A DNA stretch of 64,000 nt from Camelus ferus (lineage: Eukaryota): the NCBI RefSeq assembly GCF_009834535.1, contig NC_045707.1:19282001-19346000 (forward strand), given 5' to 3'. Each line of letters begins with the position of its first letter. Within the stretch, counting starts at the first letter, position 1. Shown piece by piece: positions 51,664-64,000 of this stretch. The notes beneath the pieces are model-generated. The model saw nothing but the letters and a program-made list of their open reading frames with translations. It did not search any database and was not told the origin of the DNA. The position numbers and the translations under genes were made by a program.

Positions 51664-53829
51664 AATTATGTATTAACATGAATGAATGTCATCATGAAGA
51701 TCTGATAAAGGAAGAATGAAATTTTATCTCCTACAATATCCGCCTCCATCCATCTCCCAGATACCTACTATGCTGACCTCATTTACCTACGTTTTTCTGT
51801 TTAACTTGAAAGCGACTATGCTGTGTCTCCCTTTCAAACTACCTGTAGCTTCCATGTAATCGTTGATTTGCACTTCTGAATAGAAAGCCAGTAGCTACAG
51901 AACATAAACTGTTTCGCCTATTATTCTGAATAATAAACATATTTTATTATGTAATGTCTAAATGAGGAAACACTGCTATAATCACCTTACTCTTAAATTT
52001 TCCCTTTTGTTACTAATATAAGTTTCTTTCTTAAAATTATATGAAATAAATTATGTGAAATAAATTAAATATCAGCAACAACCACATTTTTTGCACACTA
52101 TCTGCTGCATCTGTCCAATTCTTCCCCCTCATCTGATATTCTTGGCTATTTACTTTCCTAATTACAAATAATCTGAAGTTCCTAATATCACATGACTCAG
52201 TTGTGCTGAAGGCCTGTGTTATGTCTTATTTTATATACTTTCCTTTTTATCTGTATTATTTTTTAAAAATATGTAAAAGAGGGATATTTAGGCAGCCACC
52301 ATTACTCCTGTGCCACCTGTAAGTTGGATAGGAATTCCATGAAAATAATATCTGTTCTGGAGGAGCACTTATTCTGTGCCATATGCTGAACCAGGAATGT
52401 TCTGTACCATATCTGTGTGAAATCAGACATGATTATCTCTTTGTTACAAATGTGCAAATTGATGCTCAGAAAGATTGGGTAACTTGCCTGAAGTCTTGAG
52501 CTCTATAGACAACATGATAGACTGATTAAAAAAGCAAAACAAAAGAAAACAAAACAAGAACTTGTGCTTGCTCAATTTTCTACCTATTCGAAACTCTGTA
52601 AAAGGATCTGCAAATTTTGCACAGCTTTCGCCAAGACCTACACAATTTTATTGGCTTTGTTTCACTCACATCATCTCATTGGGGCATGATTATATTATTA
52701 CAGTCTAGTCTCAGAAGGTACTAACTCCTAATAGCACACTTGGCATATCAATGACAACATTAATTGATAAAAACGAGAAACTCTTTAAGTGCCATTGTTG
52801 CTGAGCAACAGAAGGAGTAGGAAAGACATGTAAAACATCAGTGGTATTACAGTACCAAAAATTTCTATTAGAAGGCAGATTAAAAACAATGGAGTTAGTG
52901 AATGTACTTGGTACAATGTGGTAGATTACCAGTTTAAAAAAATCGGCTTGGAGGTTGGGGTAGAGATCTGCATCAGGAATTCAGACAATCAGGTGTTAAT
53001 CCCTGTCTGAAAAACAATGCCAAGGGAACCTGACTTCACACAGTGTTGTTGTTTGCTTGTTGTTTTTTTCTCTGTCTCACTGGACACTTTCCCCCAAGCT
53101 TCCTTTTCCGACTTCAATACTAATGTGTATTATGTTTTATATTCCTTAGTGTTTTGTGAACATTTCTGTTCTGGCAATTTTGATATCCTGAATTAGTCCC
53201 CTTGAGCCAGCAGGAGAGAGAACAGATAAAACATTAAGCAACTTACGCTACTTTGAAATCTATGTAGAAACCATACCAGAGAGTTTTTAAACACCTTCTG
53301 GTTTTTTTTTTTTTTTTCTCTTTTATATATTTGGTCCTTTCTTACTCTCTATAGTCAAAGAAACACTCTGGATAAAATGAGAGATAAAAGACAAAAACAT
53401 TGACAATCAAAGGCAAATTTGTCCAAAGAGAGGAAATGTTTACAGAAATGCTGATTTTCTTGGGTTACAACAATGGCAGTTGCTAAGATTTTTTTATATT
53501 CCACCCATTCTGAATGTGAATAAGGCTGTATGAAAATCAGAGGTAAGTTGGACATACAGATAGTAGTGGAAGTCTCCCAAAACTTTATCAGTGATTCATT
53601 GCTTATCAGCTCAACTTTTAATCAAATTAAATAGGATATATTGGAATTATATTCTGTACCTGGATATATTAAACAGTGTAAAAAGAGGTAGTTAATTTTG
53701 TTTTATTATGTCAATTTATTCATTCCCTATTAACTAAAGGCAGGTAATTACTGTCTCTGTGTGTTTCTAATCTAATATAGGCTTTGTAGTAATTTGTTTA
53801 GAAGAACAGACTTTAATTTCAGGTAGACT

Positions 53830-54260
53830 ATTTGCCAACTATAAGAATATATTTAAAGTATAACTTCAGTGACCCTAGTTGTTTATTTGGGAATAAAGAT
53901 AAAAGTTTCATAGGTGTGTTATAAGGATTAAATGAGATAAAATACAAAAGTTCTTAGTACTTCACTTGAATAAATAGTGGTTTTGCTAAATCACAATTAC
54001 TATGAATATCCTTCCCAGAGCTAGGAATTAATTCCAACTAAAAGAAGAATAAAGTAAATAAAATAGGTCTTCTTAACACATATTAAGTGCCACAGGATTT
54101 TTAGAGTACTTTCATTTAGATTATTGCAATTATTTCTTTTAAAAAAAAAACCTTGAAATTTCAACTCCATTTTAAACAGAGATAACTGAAGCTTAAAGAA
54201 AGTAAATAACTTATCCAAAGTCACCAGTCTATGTGGCCCATTTGTATGTTTAATCCATGT
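53830..54260. mobile_element. Two MIR fragments (about 53830-53985 and 54140-54260)
   Basis: aggattaaatgagataaaatac and ccattttaaacagagataactgaagctt...aacttatccaaagtcac are MIR core texts. Confidence 0.6.
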
Positions 54261-57200
54261 GTTCTAACTGTAAAGACCGTACACTGTGTGTGATAATTTA
54301 TCCTAGAATGTCATAAGTAATAAATTAATAGTATTTTGATACCATAGTATTTTTATTAGTTTATTTACTTTTCCTTCCTTGTCTAAATTATAGATAGCTA
54401 GCTTATGACTGAAAATGTGAGGTTAGGAGCTGATATTCACCATACACTCCAACAGATATGAGTGTTACTATTTCTGAAGTTACTATTAAAAGTGATTTGA
54501 TAATCTCTCTTTCCCCTTGTTTTGTCTCTATGAACACTGGTATGTATGCTGTGAACTGAATCTGCCCATCATTACTGAAATAAAGAAATATAAATTATTC
54601 AGATTTCTCCAGGGGAATAGTTATCTAAAATAACTGTGAAAAAAAAAAAGTATCTAATAAAACAATCATTCCAACCACTCAGTGGATTCTTCAGACGAAT
54701 CCTTGCCTTCAGGCCTTCAGGCCATGAGAAGTTCTTAAGTGTCACGCTGCAAAGCTTACAATGACTGACCAGCGCCCAAAGTAAATTTAAAGTAATTATG
54801 AAGCTGAATTAGATGTTACCCTCAACATTGAATTAAACTATTTTTCTTTTCATAATGTACTAAACTAAACCCTAAAACACTCTTTAAACACACAAAGTAG
54901 CAGAAACAATGATAAAATGAATAAAACACATTGTTTTGGTGGTACGATTTGTGAAATTTTTCTAGTGATCTGTAATGAGGTTTAACTGAAGAAGAGAGAA
55001 CTGGTAGACATAGAAAAAGTTGAAACAACTGGACTCTCAAAGTCATTGCATTACTAAGAGATATTTCCACCCAGTGCAAAATAAAATATTATTAAAAACA
55101 AACAAACAAAAATAACAACAAAACACACAAGAAATACAATGGAACTAGTCTGAGGCTTTCATCTCAGTCTCTCAAAGGAACATCTTTTGGTCCTTGAAAC
55201 ATAATGTACCCTTTAATTCAGAGTCTCCTTCTCATCTTGGGCATCCGAGAAATCATGAATATCTAGTTTATTTAAAGGGTCACTAACTTGATGGCAGGGA
55301 TTTAGGAAGGGCAGGAGATAGGAGTGTTTTCAGAATGACACCTTGAAGATGCTTCAGAGTCATCTCGTGTAACAAACATGAAGTATCGCTGTTAATTTTC
55401 ATTCTGAATAGCTCAAAGAGCCTGTCTCAGGGATTCTTAGGGAGCAAGTAAGAACTGAGTTTGATGAAATGGGTGGAAGAAAGTATAAAGCACAATAAAT
55501 ACTCTAATCCATGTTCTTCCAGGGGGAAACATGGACCTACATTCAGAAATAAAAGCTGAGAAGATGAGTTAAATGCTTGGAGATATCCTTCACGCCCTGT
55601 GTGAATACATCCTTGTGATGGCTGAAGGCTCTAGGAAGCATATAGACCTCATTAAACATGGGGTTTATTTCTCTCAAAAGGCTGATGAATGAATGAATGC
55701 TGATAATTTTTATCAGGCTTATTTGATGTTGGTAAATAAATGCAATCCACTGAATTTTCATAAACATTTTCACATAAAAAGTATAGTATACACTCCTAAC
55801 CCTATGATATTGGATCACGTCTTGCTAGAGTTCCTTTAAGCTTATTTTCTCTAGTCCTGGAACGCTGGCTATGTAAGTGTTCATTTTCAGTGATGCTCAC
55901 ATGAACTCTTCCAATATCTATTAATACCTTTGTTCATAGCTCTTCATACATTCTGTCACAAGTTTAATCAGTAGCAAAAAGTGTAAATCATATTATTATT
56001 CAAAAGAGTATTAAAATTAACAGGAAACTTAAGAGGAAAAACAAAATGTAAAAAAAGTAGAAATATGTTTTAAAATACAGTGTACTGATACATTGTTCAC
56101 CATGTAATAGTAACAATATAATTTTTAAAACCTGGATATCCAATGCCAATAAGTTACTGCAGAAATTTCAGTCTAGAGAGTGAAACCAAATCTTGTCTAT
56201 TTGATGAGAATGCGTTTTGTGATTTAAGATGTCATGAAAAAGTAGTGCTTTCCATGAAAAACAAACCCTTATAAAGGAAGAGTGAAGTTACTGAGAGGGA
56301 GTAAATTTAATTAAAAGGATGAATTGTAAAAAATTAAGGACATTAATTTTGAAATAACATTTTACAGTTTTCTTTTAAGTTATATATCAAATAATTTAGC
56401 TTCCTTTACATGTTTTTTGTTATAAATTTACTCAATACAGAGAATTTAAACCAAGCAGATAATACATCTTGAAAAAAGTAGGTAAAGTAGCAAAATACAT
56501 CTTGTAAAACAAAGATAGAACTGATGTGATATACAGCCTAGAATTTGGCATAAAGTGGAGACATGCAACAAACTCAACATTCATCAATTAATTAGACAAG
56601 TGTTTATTTCAAACCTACTATTACTATACTATACTATAGAGAGGTGTTCACAGGAGATTTGTAGTCTGTGAGGTGGGTTTCAAAGGATGAATTGAGAATT
56701 AAGAGTTCTATAGTCCTCATTACAATGGGTATCAAACCTGGTGTTTAGGGAATAAGGAAGAAGCCGATTTGAAAATCATTGAAATCTGCTACCCATAATG
56801 CTAGTCACATGCATATACTTAATGCAAACCTCACCACCTTTCTGAGAAAGGTTACGATTACTAATGAGGAGCGGAGAAACGAAGTGGCCACTGGTAGCAA
56901 CGCTGATGTGCTGCAAATATCTAATATGCCTCAAATGCGGCGCTCAAATCCCAGCTGAAGATGAGAGAAGTGACTTGTTTGTGGAAAGCGAGGGAGTGGT
57001 GATGAGGCAGTGAAGGCAGATACACCGTGGTGGGAGAGGTCACCACGTACACACAGTGGGAAGAACAAGGCTAAGAGTCACTTTCCCCGAATGCCTGACA
57101 GGTAGTGTACAATCATGTGATTCTACTTCATTTGTGTTTTTATTGTTATTGTTCTGATATGATTCTCTTGGTGCTAAATTTATTCATTACTACTTATCTT

Positions 57201-57294
57201 AGACATAGCTTTCTACATAGGACAACATCCAAATCCCAAATGTTTTCAGCTCAGTGGTCAGGAAGTGTTTTCTCCATTGAACAAAGCCTTATAT

Positions 57295-57450
57295 GGGTAT
57301 TGTTAAATGCTAAGCATTTTTCTAAGTACTTCACATATATTCACTCATTTAATGCTCACAATAACTTTATGAGATAGGTTTCCATGCAGTGGAATAAAGT
57401 ATGTATTTATAGACGAAGCACTGAGGGACTGAATGAATTTCAGACCTACT
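57295..57450. mobile_element. MIR inside a duplicated block (paralogous copy at about 61085-61210)
   Basis: ctcatttaatgctcacaataactttatgagatagg is MIR-like. Confidence 0.55.
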
Positions 57451-58393
57451 AAGTCGCTTGGATTCATACCTAGATATCCTCACTCTTCCTTATAGAAATA
57501 TCTATGGTAATATCACTAAAATTTTATTTTAAAAAAAGGAAAAATTAAAACTCACTATTTAAAAAACACACAAAGACACAAACTATTAACCTCAGCTTCC
57601 TTGAAGAGCACTTATCTAACTCTTTAATAATCATATTTAAGTATTATTTTAAATAATATTTTAAATAGAAGGGGAAATAGGTTGTATAGGAATGAAGTCC
57701 ATAATGGTGACACAGTGTTAGGCTGAACTATTACAAAATGTTACCAGGGTTTCAGATGTAATGAAGCGCCAGCTTACAGTATTTTCTACCTTCCTCCCCT
57801 CTACTCTTAACATCTGCAGCTGTTTCAATGACTTTAGCTTTTCTGACTTCCAATAAGGTAATAGAAGGAGTTGGAAAAACTGAGTGTTAGCAAATTTGAT
57901 AGATAGCTAAGGACAAAATGTTCCATTTATTAAAAAAACTATGGCATCGTTCCCACTTTTGAGAATTCTCAATATAATCAAACTTTCAAGTTACAGAGAA
58001 TGGGAGACATACGTAGGGATTGGAATAGCACAAAGGTGGTTCTCAGGAAACCTCATGGGTTATGGGCACCTTTCTGAAAGTTCACAGGTAGTCTATGGAG
58101 TCAGAAAAGTCTAGGCACAAATCCCGTCTCTAAGACTTAAAATTCTGGGATATTTACCATTTTAAACCTGCCTTAGCCAAAGAGTTTTCACCTGTAAAAG
58201 AGAGGAAACTAAAAGATCATTGTGATTATCATTGTGATTTATTTGCTTCAAATGTCCCCTGAAAGTGAGATGACATACTATTCAGCCAGATGCTAGCTCC
58301 AAACTTGGCTATTTGGCAATCTACTCTTCAGGTTTGTTCCTTGTGCCTTCTCCTGTAGGTCTGGCCGAGGAGATACAAATAAGCAACTGAAGA

Positions 58394-59338
58394 ATGAGGA
58401 ACTACACAGTAATAAGAGAGTTCATCCTCCTGGGACTGTCTGATGACCCACAGCTTCAGGCTGTCATCTTCATCTTTCTGCTCATCACCTACATGCTCAG
58501 CATCACTGGGAACCTGACCATTATCACCCTGACCCTGCTGGACTCCCACCTCCAGACCCCCATGTATTTCTTCCTCAGAAACTTCTCCTTACTAGAGGTG
58601 TCATTCACAACTGTCACTATACCCAGGATTCCTGAGCACCATTGTTACAGGAGATAAAACCATTTCCTTTAATGATTGCTATTGCTCAGTTATTTTTTTT
58701 CATTCTCCTGGGAGCCACTGAATTTTACCTATTGGCCGTCATGTCCTATGACCGCTACTGTTGCCATCTGCAAACCTCTGCATTACACAACCATCATGAA
58801 CCAGAGAGTCTGCATAATGCTTGTCTTCTCTTCTTGGCTCATTTCATTCTTAATCATATTCCCGGCACTCATGTTGCTCTTAAACCTTGATTACTGCAGG
58901 TCTAATATTATTGGCCATTTTACCTGTGATTATTTCCCCCTCCTACAACTTTCTTGTTCAGACACCAAATTCCTAGAAATAATGGGGTTTTCCTGTGCTG
59001 TGTTCACTCTAATGATAACCTTGGCACTGATATTCCTGTCCTACATATATATCATCAGCACAATTGTGCGGATTCCTTCTACCAGTCAGAGGACAAAGGC
59101 CTTTTCCACATGTTCATCCCATATGATTGTCATCTCCATCTCTTATGGCAGCTGCATCTTTATGTATATTAAACCCTCAGCAAATGAGAGAGTGTCTTTG
59201 AGCAAGGGTGTGGCTGTGCTCAACATCTCAGTAGCCCCGATGCTAAACCCCTTTATTTACAGCCTAAGGAATCAGCAAGTCAAGTGAGCCTTCACGGACA
59301 TGGCAAAAAAGACTGTCTTTCAAAAGCAAATGAAATGA
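58394..59338 (+). pseudogene. OR6C1: OR6C1-like pseudogene with three +1 frameshifts and a late nonsense codon
   Basis: Removing one base each at about 58628, 58680 and 58759 restores [23 protein letters not shown]...[13 protein letters not shown] at 59285-59287 interrupts QQVK*AF. Closest recalled paralog is OR6C1 ([14 protein letters not shown]). Confidence 0.88.
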
Positions 59339-60724
59339 TGTGGTGTAATGAATTAGAGACACATTGCAGGGAAATTTTAAAATTTCAATAGTGTATTCAA
59401 ATCACAATGGCCTCCATGCCATTCTTGTTTATGCTCTCTTTCCTTCTAGCAGTTTACAAGCCCATTTGTTTAGTATCTTTCTCATTCAATTTGGATAACT
59501 TTGCTTAAGTCTTTCTGACTCTCATTCTTCTGAACACTTGTTAGTTGCAACTTCTTAAACCAAAAACTTTTAAGGTAAAATTGCATTCTGAGTTTTGTTT
59601 AGGAAAGAAATAGTCACCAGGAATGGAGGACACTGTATAAAGATGTCTGATATTTCACTTACTTAGTACAGAAAACATAATCTTGTGAGTTTCATTTATA
59701 TTTGACAGAAGTTCCCTTTACCATCTTGCAGTTTCTCTGGAAACATTTTAAATGCCATATAATTTACTGAAAAATGTGAAGGTTTTTATTTAAAATCTAA
59801 AAAACATTACTTGCTGCTTGCTTTAATAGGGGATGTCCAAATAATTTATTCATTGATTTAAAAAGTATATATTTTTAACAATATGTTCTTCTGTACGGAT
59901 AGTGCTAAATAGAGCTCCATATTCCCAATCCCATAATTACTCAGTAGATGCAGGCAGATACATACATAGTAGAAAATAGTGAAGAAATAGCCACTTTAGA
60001 TATGAAGGATAAATTCACTTTCTGTAATTCCATGGACTAGTTTGAAACAGGGCATTTATCCAGATTATTTTATACCTAAATAAAATCACTTAAGTTTTGT
60101 AGAAGATAAAAGCTTCATATCAAAGCAAAGTCTTCCATTTTATATAAAATTAGGATTTCATCTGTTAAAATACTCACATTTATTCTGCTTGAGGCATTAA
60201 TAAGTGCCTATAGTATTTTGGAAAGGGGTGTGTGTGTGTGTGTAAAGATGAAATAATGATTATGGATAATAAAAAGTATTCTAAATTAAATAAACCAATT
60301 TTTGGTAATAGAAAAATAAACCTAATTAGTTGTGCAACATTTCTAATAATCATTATGAGATACATTCACTTCAGAGATACAACACAGGATTTGTTGAGAA
60401 AGGAAAAAAAATTGACAGAATATTGAAAGAGATACAAAATATTAGAGGAAAATTAAGAATGGTTTCTGCCGTTCATTCCATCCTATCTGAAGTATAATTT
60501 GTATGTTAAATAAGACAAATAGTTGACAAACTTGAGGTTTCTATACCCTCTAAGCACATATTTCCCATGGGTAAATCAGGTTATAAGTTCAGGTAAATCA
60601 AGTATAAACAACTTACCACAAGGAGGGAAATAATCTAAAACCTTATTTCATAATTATCTATCAATAAATTGTAATAAATACTAATATGTTCTATGTATCT
60701 AACTGCTACAGTTATGAAAATGTA

Positions 60725-60870
60725 GGGCTTATATTTCTAAGACAAGAACACTTAACATGAGATCTACCCACTTCAAATTCTGAGGGCGCAGTACAGTGTT
60801 GTTAACTACAGGCACAGTGTTGTGTAGCAGATCTCTAGAACTTACCCATCATGTATAACTGAAACTTTAT
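60725..60870 (-). mobile_element. L1 3' UTR fragment
   Basis: aacacttaacatgagatctacc...gcagatctctagaacttac...tataactgaaacttta. Confidence 0.75.
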
Positions 60871-60874
60871 GCAC

Positions 60875-60945
60875 ATTTTTTATGTACAACTTTAAGTACA
60901 ATTTTATTTTTATGTACAATTTTATTTCTATGTACAATTTTTATT
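60875..60945. repeat. Degenerate tandem repeat of about 18 bp (ttttatgtacaatttta)
   Basis: Four gtacaa cores in series at the end of the L1 fragment. Confidence 0.7.
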
Positions 60946-61729
60946 ATTTCTACATGATTCTCTTACTGCAGATTTTAACTTAGACCTAACATAGCCTTTA
61001 CCATTAGATACCATCTTTAAGCTGAAGGTTCTTAATTCAATGGTCAGGAAGCATATTTTTCATAGAGCAAAGCCTTCTATGACTTTTATTACATGCTTGG
61101 CACTTTTCTAAAGACTTCACACAGAGATGTCATTGAAAGCTCAACTCTGTGAGATAGACAGGTATTCAAATGAATTTATGGATGATGTAACTCAAGCACA
61201 GAGGAGTTCAGGATTTTTAAAATAGCAAATGGCCAGGATTCACTCTTCCTTATGGAAATATCTATGATGTCATTTTTTTCATTATATTAAAAAACAGAAA
61301 AATTAAAACCTACTATTATTTAACACATGTAAACACATAAACATATTAATGTCTGCTTTCTTGAAAAGCACCTAGCCATCTCTTTGACTGAAGGAAATTC
61401 TTCTGAAATAATAATGATACTTATTATTTTAAAGAGAAAGGGAAACAGATTGTATTAGAATAAAGCCCGTAATGATGACACATGGGTAGGCTAAATCGTC
61501 ATGAAACATTGCCAGGAATTCACATGCAAGGAACCTCAGTTTTTAAGCCTTTCCAGTTACATTATTTTCTCCCTTTTCCCTAACATCTCAGGTTCCTCAT
61601 GGCAGTGGCTTCAGTGTATCTCACCTCAGGTGAGGTAGTAGCAGGAGTTGGAAAAGATGAGTGTTATATGCCTAAGGAAAAACCAATCACTTTTATTAAA
61701 AATTAATTATATTTACCAATTTTGAAGAG

Positions 61730-63378
61730 TCTCAGTGCAACTAAACCCTCGGCCCCCAGCTTGGGCACCCTATCCCTGGGGTCTGGCACCAGGAGCACAA
61801 GCCCCCTTGGCTGGTCTGAGGACCAGTGGGGCTTACTGGAGGGCTGCAGAAACTGAGGCTCTGCTCTTGAGGAGTGGACAAACAGACCTGCTTGCTCCCT
61901 ATCTCGGACACTGGAAAATGCCTGGTGCCCTGATCAGCCTGCCAGATCCCCCGAGCATGTCCCCCAGCCCACGCTGGCTCATGCTCCAGCCCCTTGGGCC
62001 CAGCCCCAGCCCCAACCCCAACCCAAACACAGACTGTCATTGTGCTAGAGAGAAGCCTAGCTCACTCTGGACTGCTGTTCCAGCCCCTCGGGGCCCCTGA
62101 CCCCTCCACCCCGACTCCCGGCCAAGGTGGCTATGATCCTCAATCCTGGGAGAAGGCTTGGCTTGCACACTGATCTATGGCTCTAGTCACTCTGCCTCCA
62201 GCCATACCTCCCAGGGAGACGGCTGCCAGCACACACCAAGAGAACACTCGGCCAGTGCTCACTTCAGATCCAGCTCTCCTATCAAAGCCACTGTGCACAG
62301 GCAGACTGCACAGAGATGCCCACATAAGGATATGGCTTCAAGACTGAGATAGGTAACTGTTTCTACCTCATGTCATAGGACAAACAAGGAAAATCAAATC
62401 AAATGCAAGGACAGTGGCACATGTTCCAAAGAAAGAAAAAAAAAACAGAAAAAAAAACTAATGAAATAAATATAAGTAATTTACACAATAAAGAGTTCAA
62501 AGCAATAGTAACAGAAAACACTCCATGACTTGGGAAAATAATAGAAGAACATGGTGAGAACTTCAACAAAGAACTTGAAAAAATAAAAGTGAACCAATCA
62601 GAGCTAGAGAATACAATAACTGAAATAAAATGTACACTGAAGTGAATTAACCGAAGATTATGAGATACAGGAAAACTCATTAGCAACTCAAAAGACAGAA
62701 TACTGGAAATCACCCAATCAGAACAGCAAAAAGAAAAAAAAAATTTTTTTCTAATGAAGATAGTTTAAAGGACCTCTTAGACAACATCAAGTGTACTAAC
62801 ATTTATATTATAAGGGTCCCAGAAGGATAAGTGAGAGAGAAAGGGGCAGAAAATGTATTTGATTAAATTATGGCTGAAAACGTCTCTAACCTAAAGAAGG
62901 AAATGGATATCCAAGTTCAGGAAGCAAAGAGAGTCCCAAACAAGATGAATCCAAAGAGACTCAAACCAAAACATATCTTAATTAAAATGTTAAAAGTCCA
63001 AGATAAAGAGATAATTTTAAAAAGCAGTGAGAGAAAAAATAGTCACATAAAAAGCAATCTCCATAATCAGCTGGTTTTTCAGCAGAAACTCTGCATGTCA
63101 GAAGGGAGTAGGGTGATATACTTGAGGTGTAATATACAACATGATAAAGATAATTAACACTGCTGTATGTTATATATGAAAGTTGATAAAAGAGTCCATC
63201 CTGAGTTGCCATTAAAGGAAAATTTATTTCTATTTCTTTAATTTCATATCTATATGAGATAGCAAATGTTCAATAAACCTATTTCATGATGTTTGTAAGT
63301 CAAATCATTATGCTGTAAACCTTCCATTTATACATAGTGCTGCATGTCGATTACACCTCAGTACAACTGGATGAAATA
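61730..63378 (+). mobile_element. L1 5' UTR plus partial ORF1 (to about 63122) followed directly by an L1 3' UTR end
   Basis: GC-rich UTR; ORF1p-like MAENVSNLKKEMDIQVQEAKRVPNKMNPKR (62870). The last 250 bp resemble 47390-47615. Confidence 0.85.
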
Positions 63379-64000
63379 TATAACATTTATATTCTATAAA
63401 GTAGTTATTATGTGATATGTATTATTATTTTATGTAATTATATAATGAATGTGTGACTTATTATTAACTGATTATATGTTATTTTAACTAAAAGATATTT
63501 GAGAAAAATAAGAACAACAATAAAGATAATTTACCAAACTTCAGTAACCAGAACTAAAATAAACAAAAGACTTGTATTTTGTGATACTTCTCACTAGTAT
63601 GTTAATGACATGATAAGTAAATGCAAGTCCAAGATGAACAGAAAGATGAACAAAATTGACACTGTAATTAAATATTGCTACTGATAAGGAGAATTATTAG
63701 TTAACCTATGGAACAGCATTTTTAAAACATTGTGAGCACAGTATGTACATTATAATAGTTATTATTTATCTCAGAATTATGAAACAACCTTATTTCTTGA
63801 AGCCCCAACAATAACAAAACCTAGAGATAAACAAAAAGTGTACATGTAGAAAAATCATACATGCCAAGATGAATAAATAATATTAGACTGAGTTCTGTTT
63901 TTGTAAGATTTCACATCTATTTTTTTTAGTCTTGAAATATTAAATAATTGTGGTTAACGGAAGATTATTTTGTAGATGTCAACGTTTAGGTCCTCTATGG

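Noticed and set aside
61735-62713. Several 60-120 aa ORFs in a GC-rich stretch
   Set aside because: L1 5' UTR and antisense ORF1 sequence.

Overview
AT-rich mammalian genomic DNA containing part of a class II olfactory receptor (OR) cluster. The OR10A7 plus OR6C gene content matches the cluster at human 12q13.2. Two tRNA-derived SINEs of the vic-1 type point to a camelid (camel, alpaca or llama); this is an inference from recalled repeat consensus. Seven OR loci are visible. Three have intact ORFs: a family-10 gene on the minus strand, OR10A7, and an OR6C3-like gene. Two OR6C genes are disabled by a single nonsense codon each, one OR6C1-like gene carries several lesions, and one locus is an orphan 47-codon 5' fragment. 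The rest is L1, L2, MIR, LTR and Tigger debris, microsatellites, candidate OR promoter or enhancer motifs, and five short N gaps inside repeats. I found no RNA genes, CRISPR arrays or convincingly novel protein families, so I do not claim a new system. The most unusual signal is the minus-strand family-10 OR. It sits in a sharply bounded CpG-island-like domain (about 48 CpG in its CDS versus about 15 and 9 in neighbouring ORs, counted by eye), and it carries A/T-to-G/C changes in conserved OR motifs, a pattern suggestive of GC-biased gene conversion. All repeat family names and paralog assignments come from memory, not database searches.
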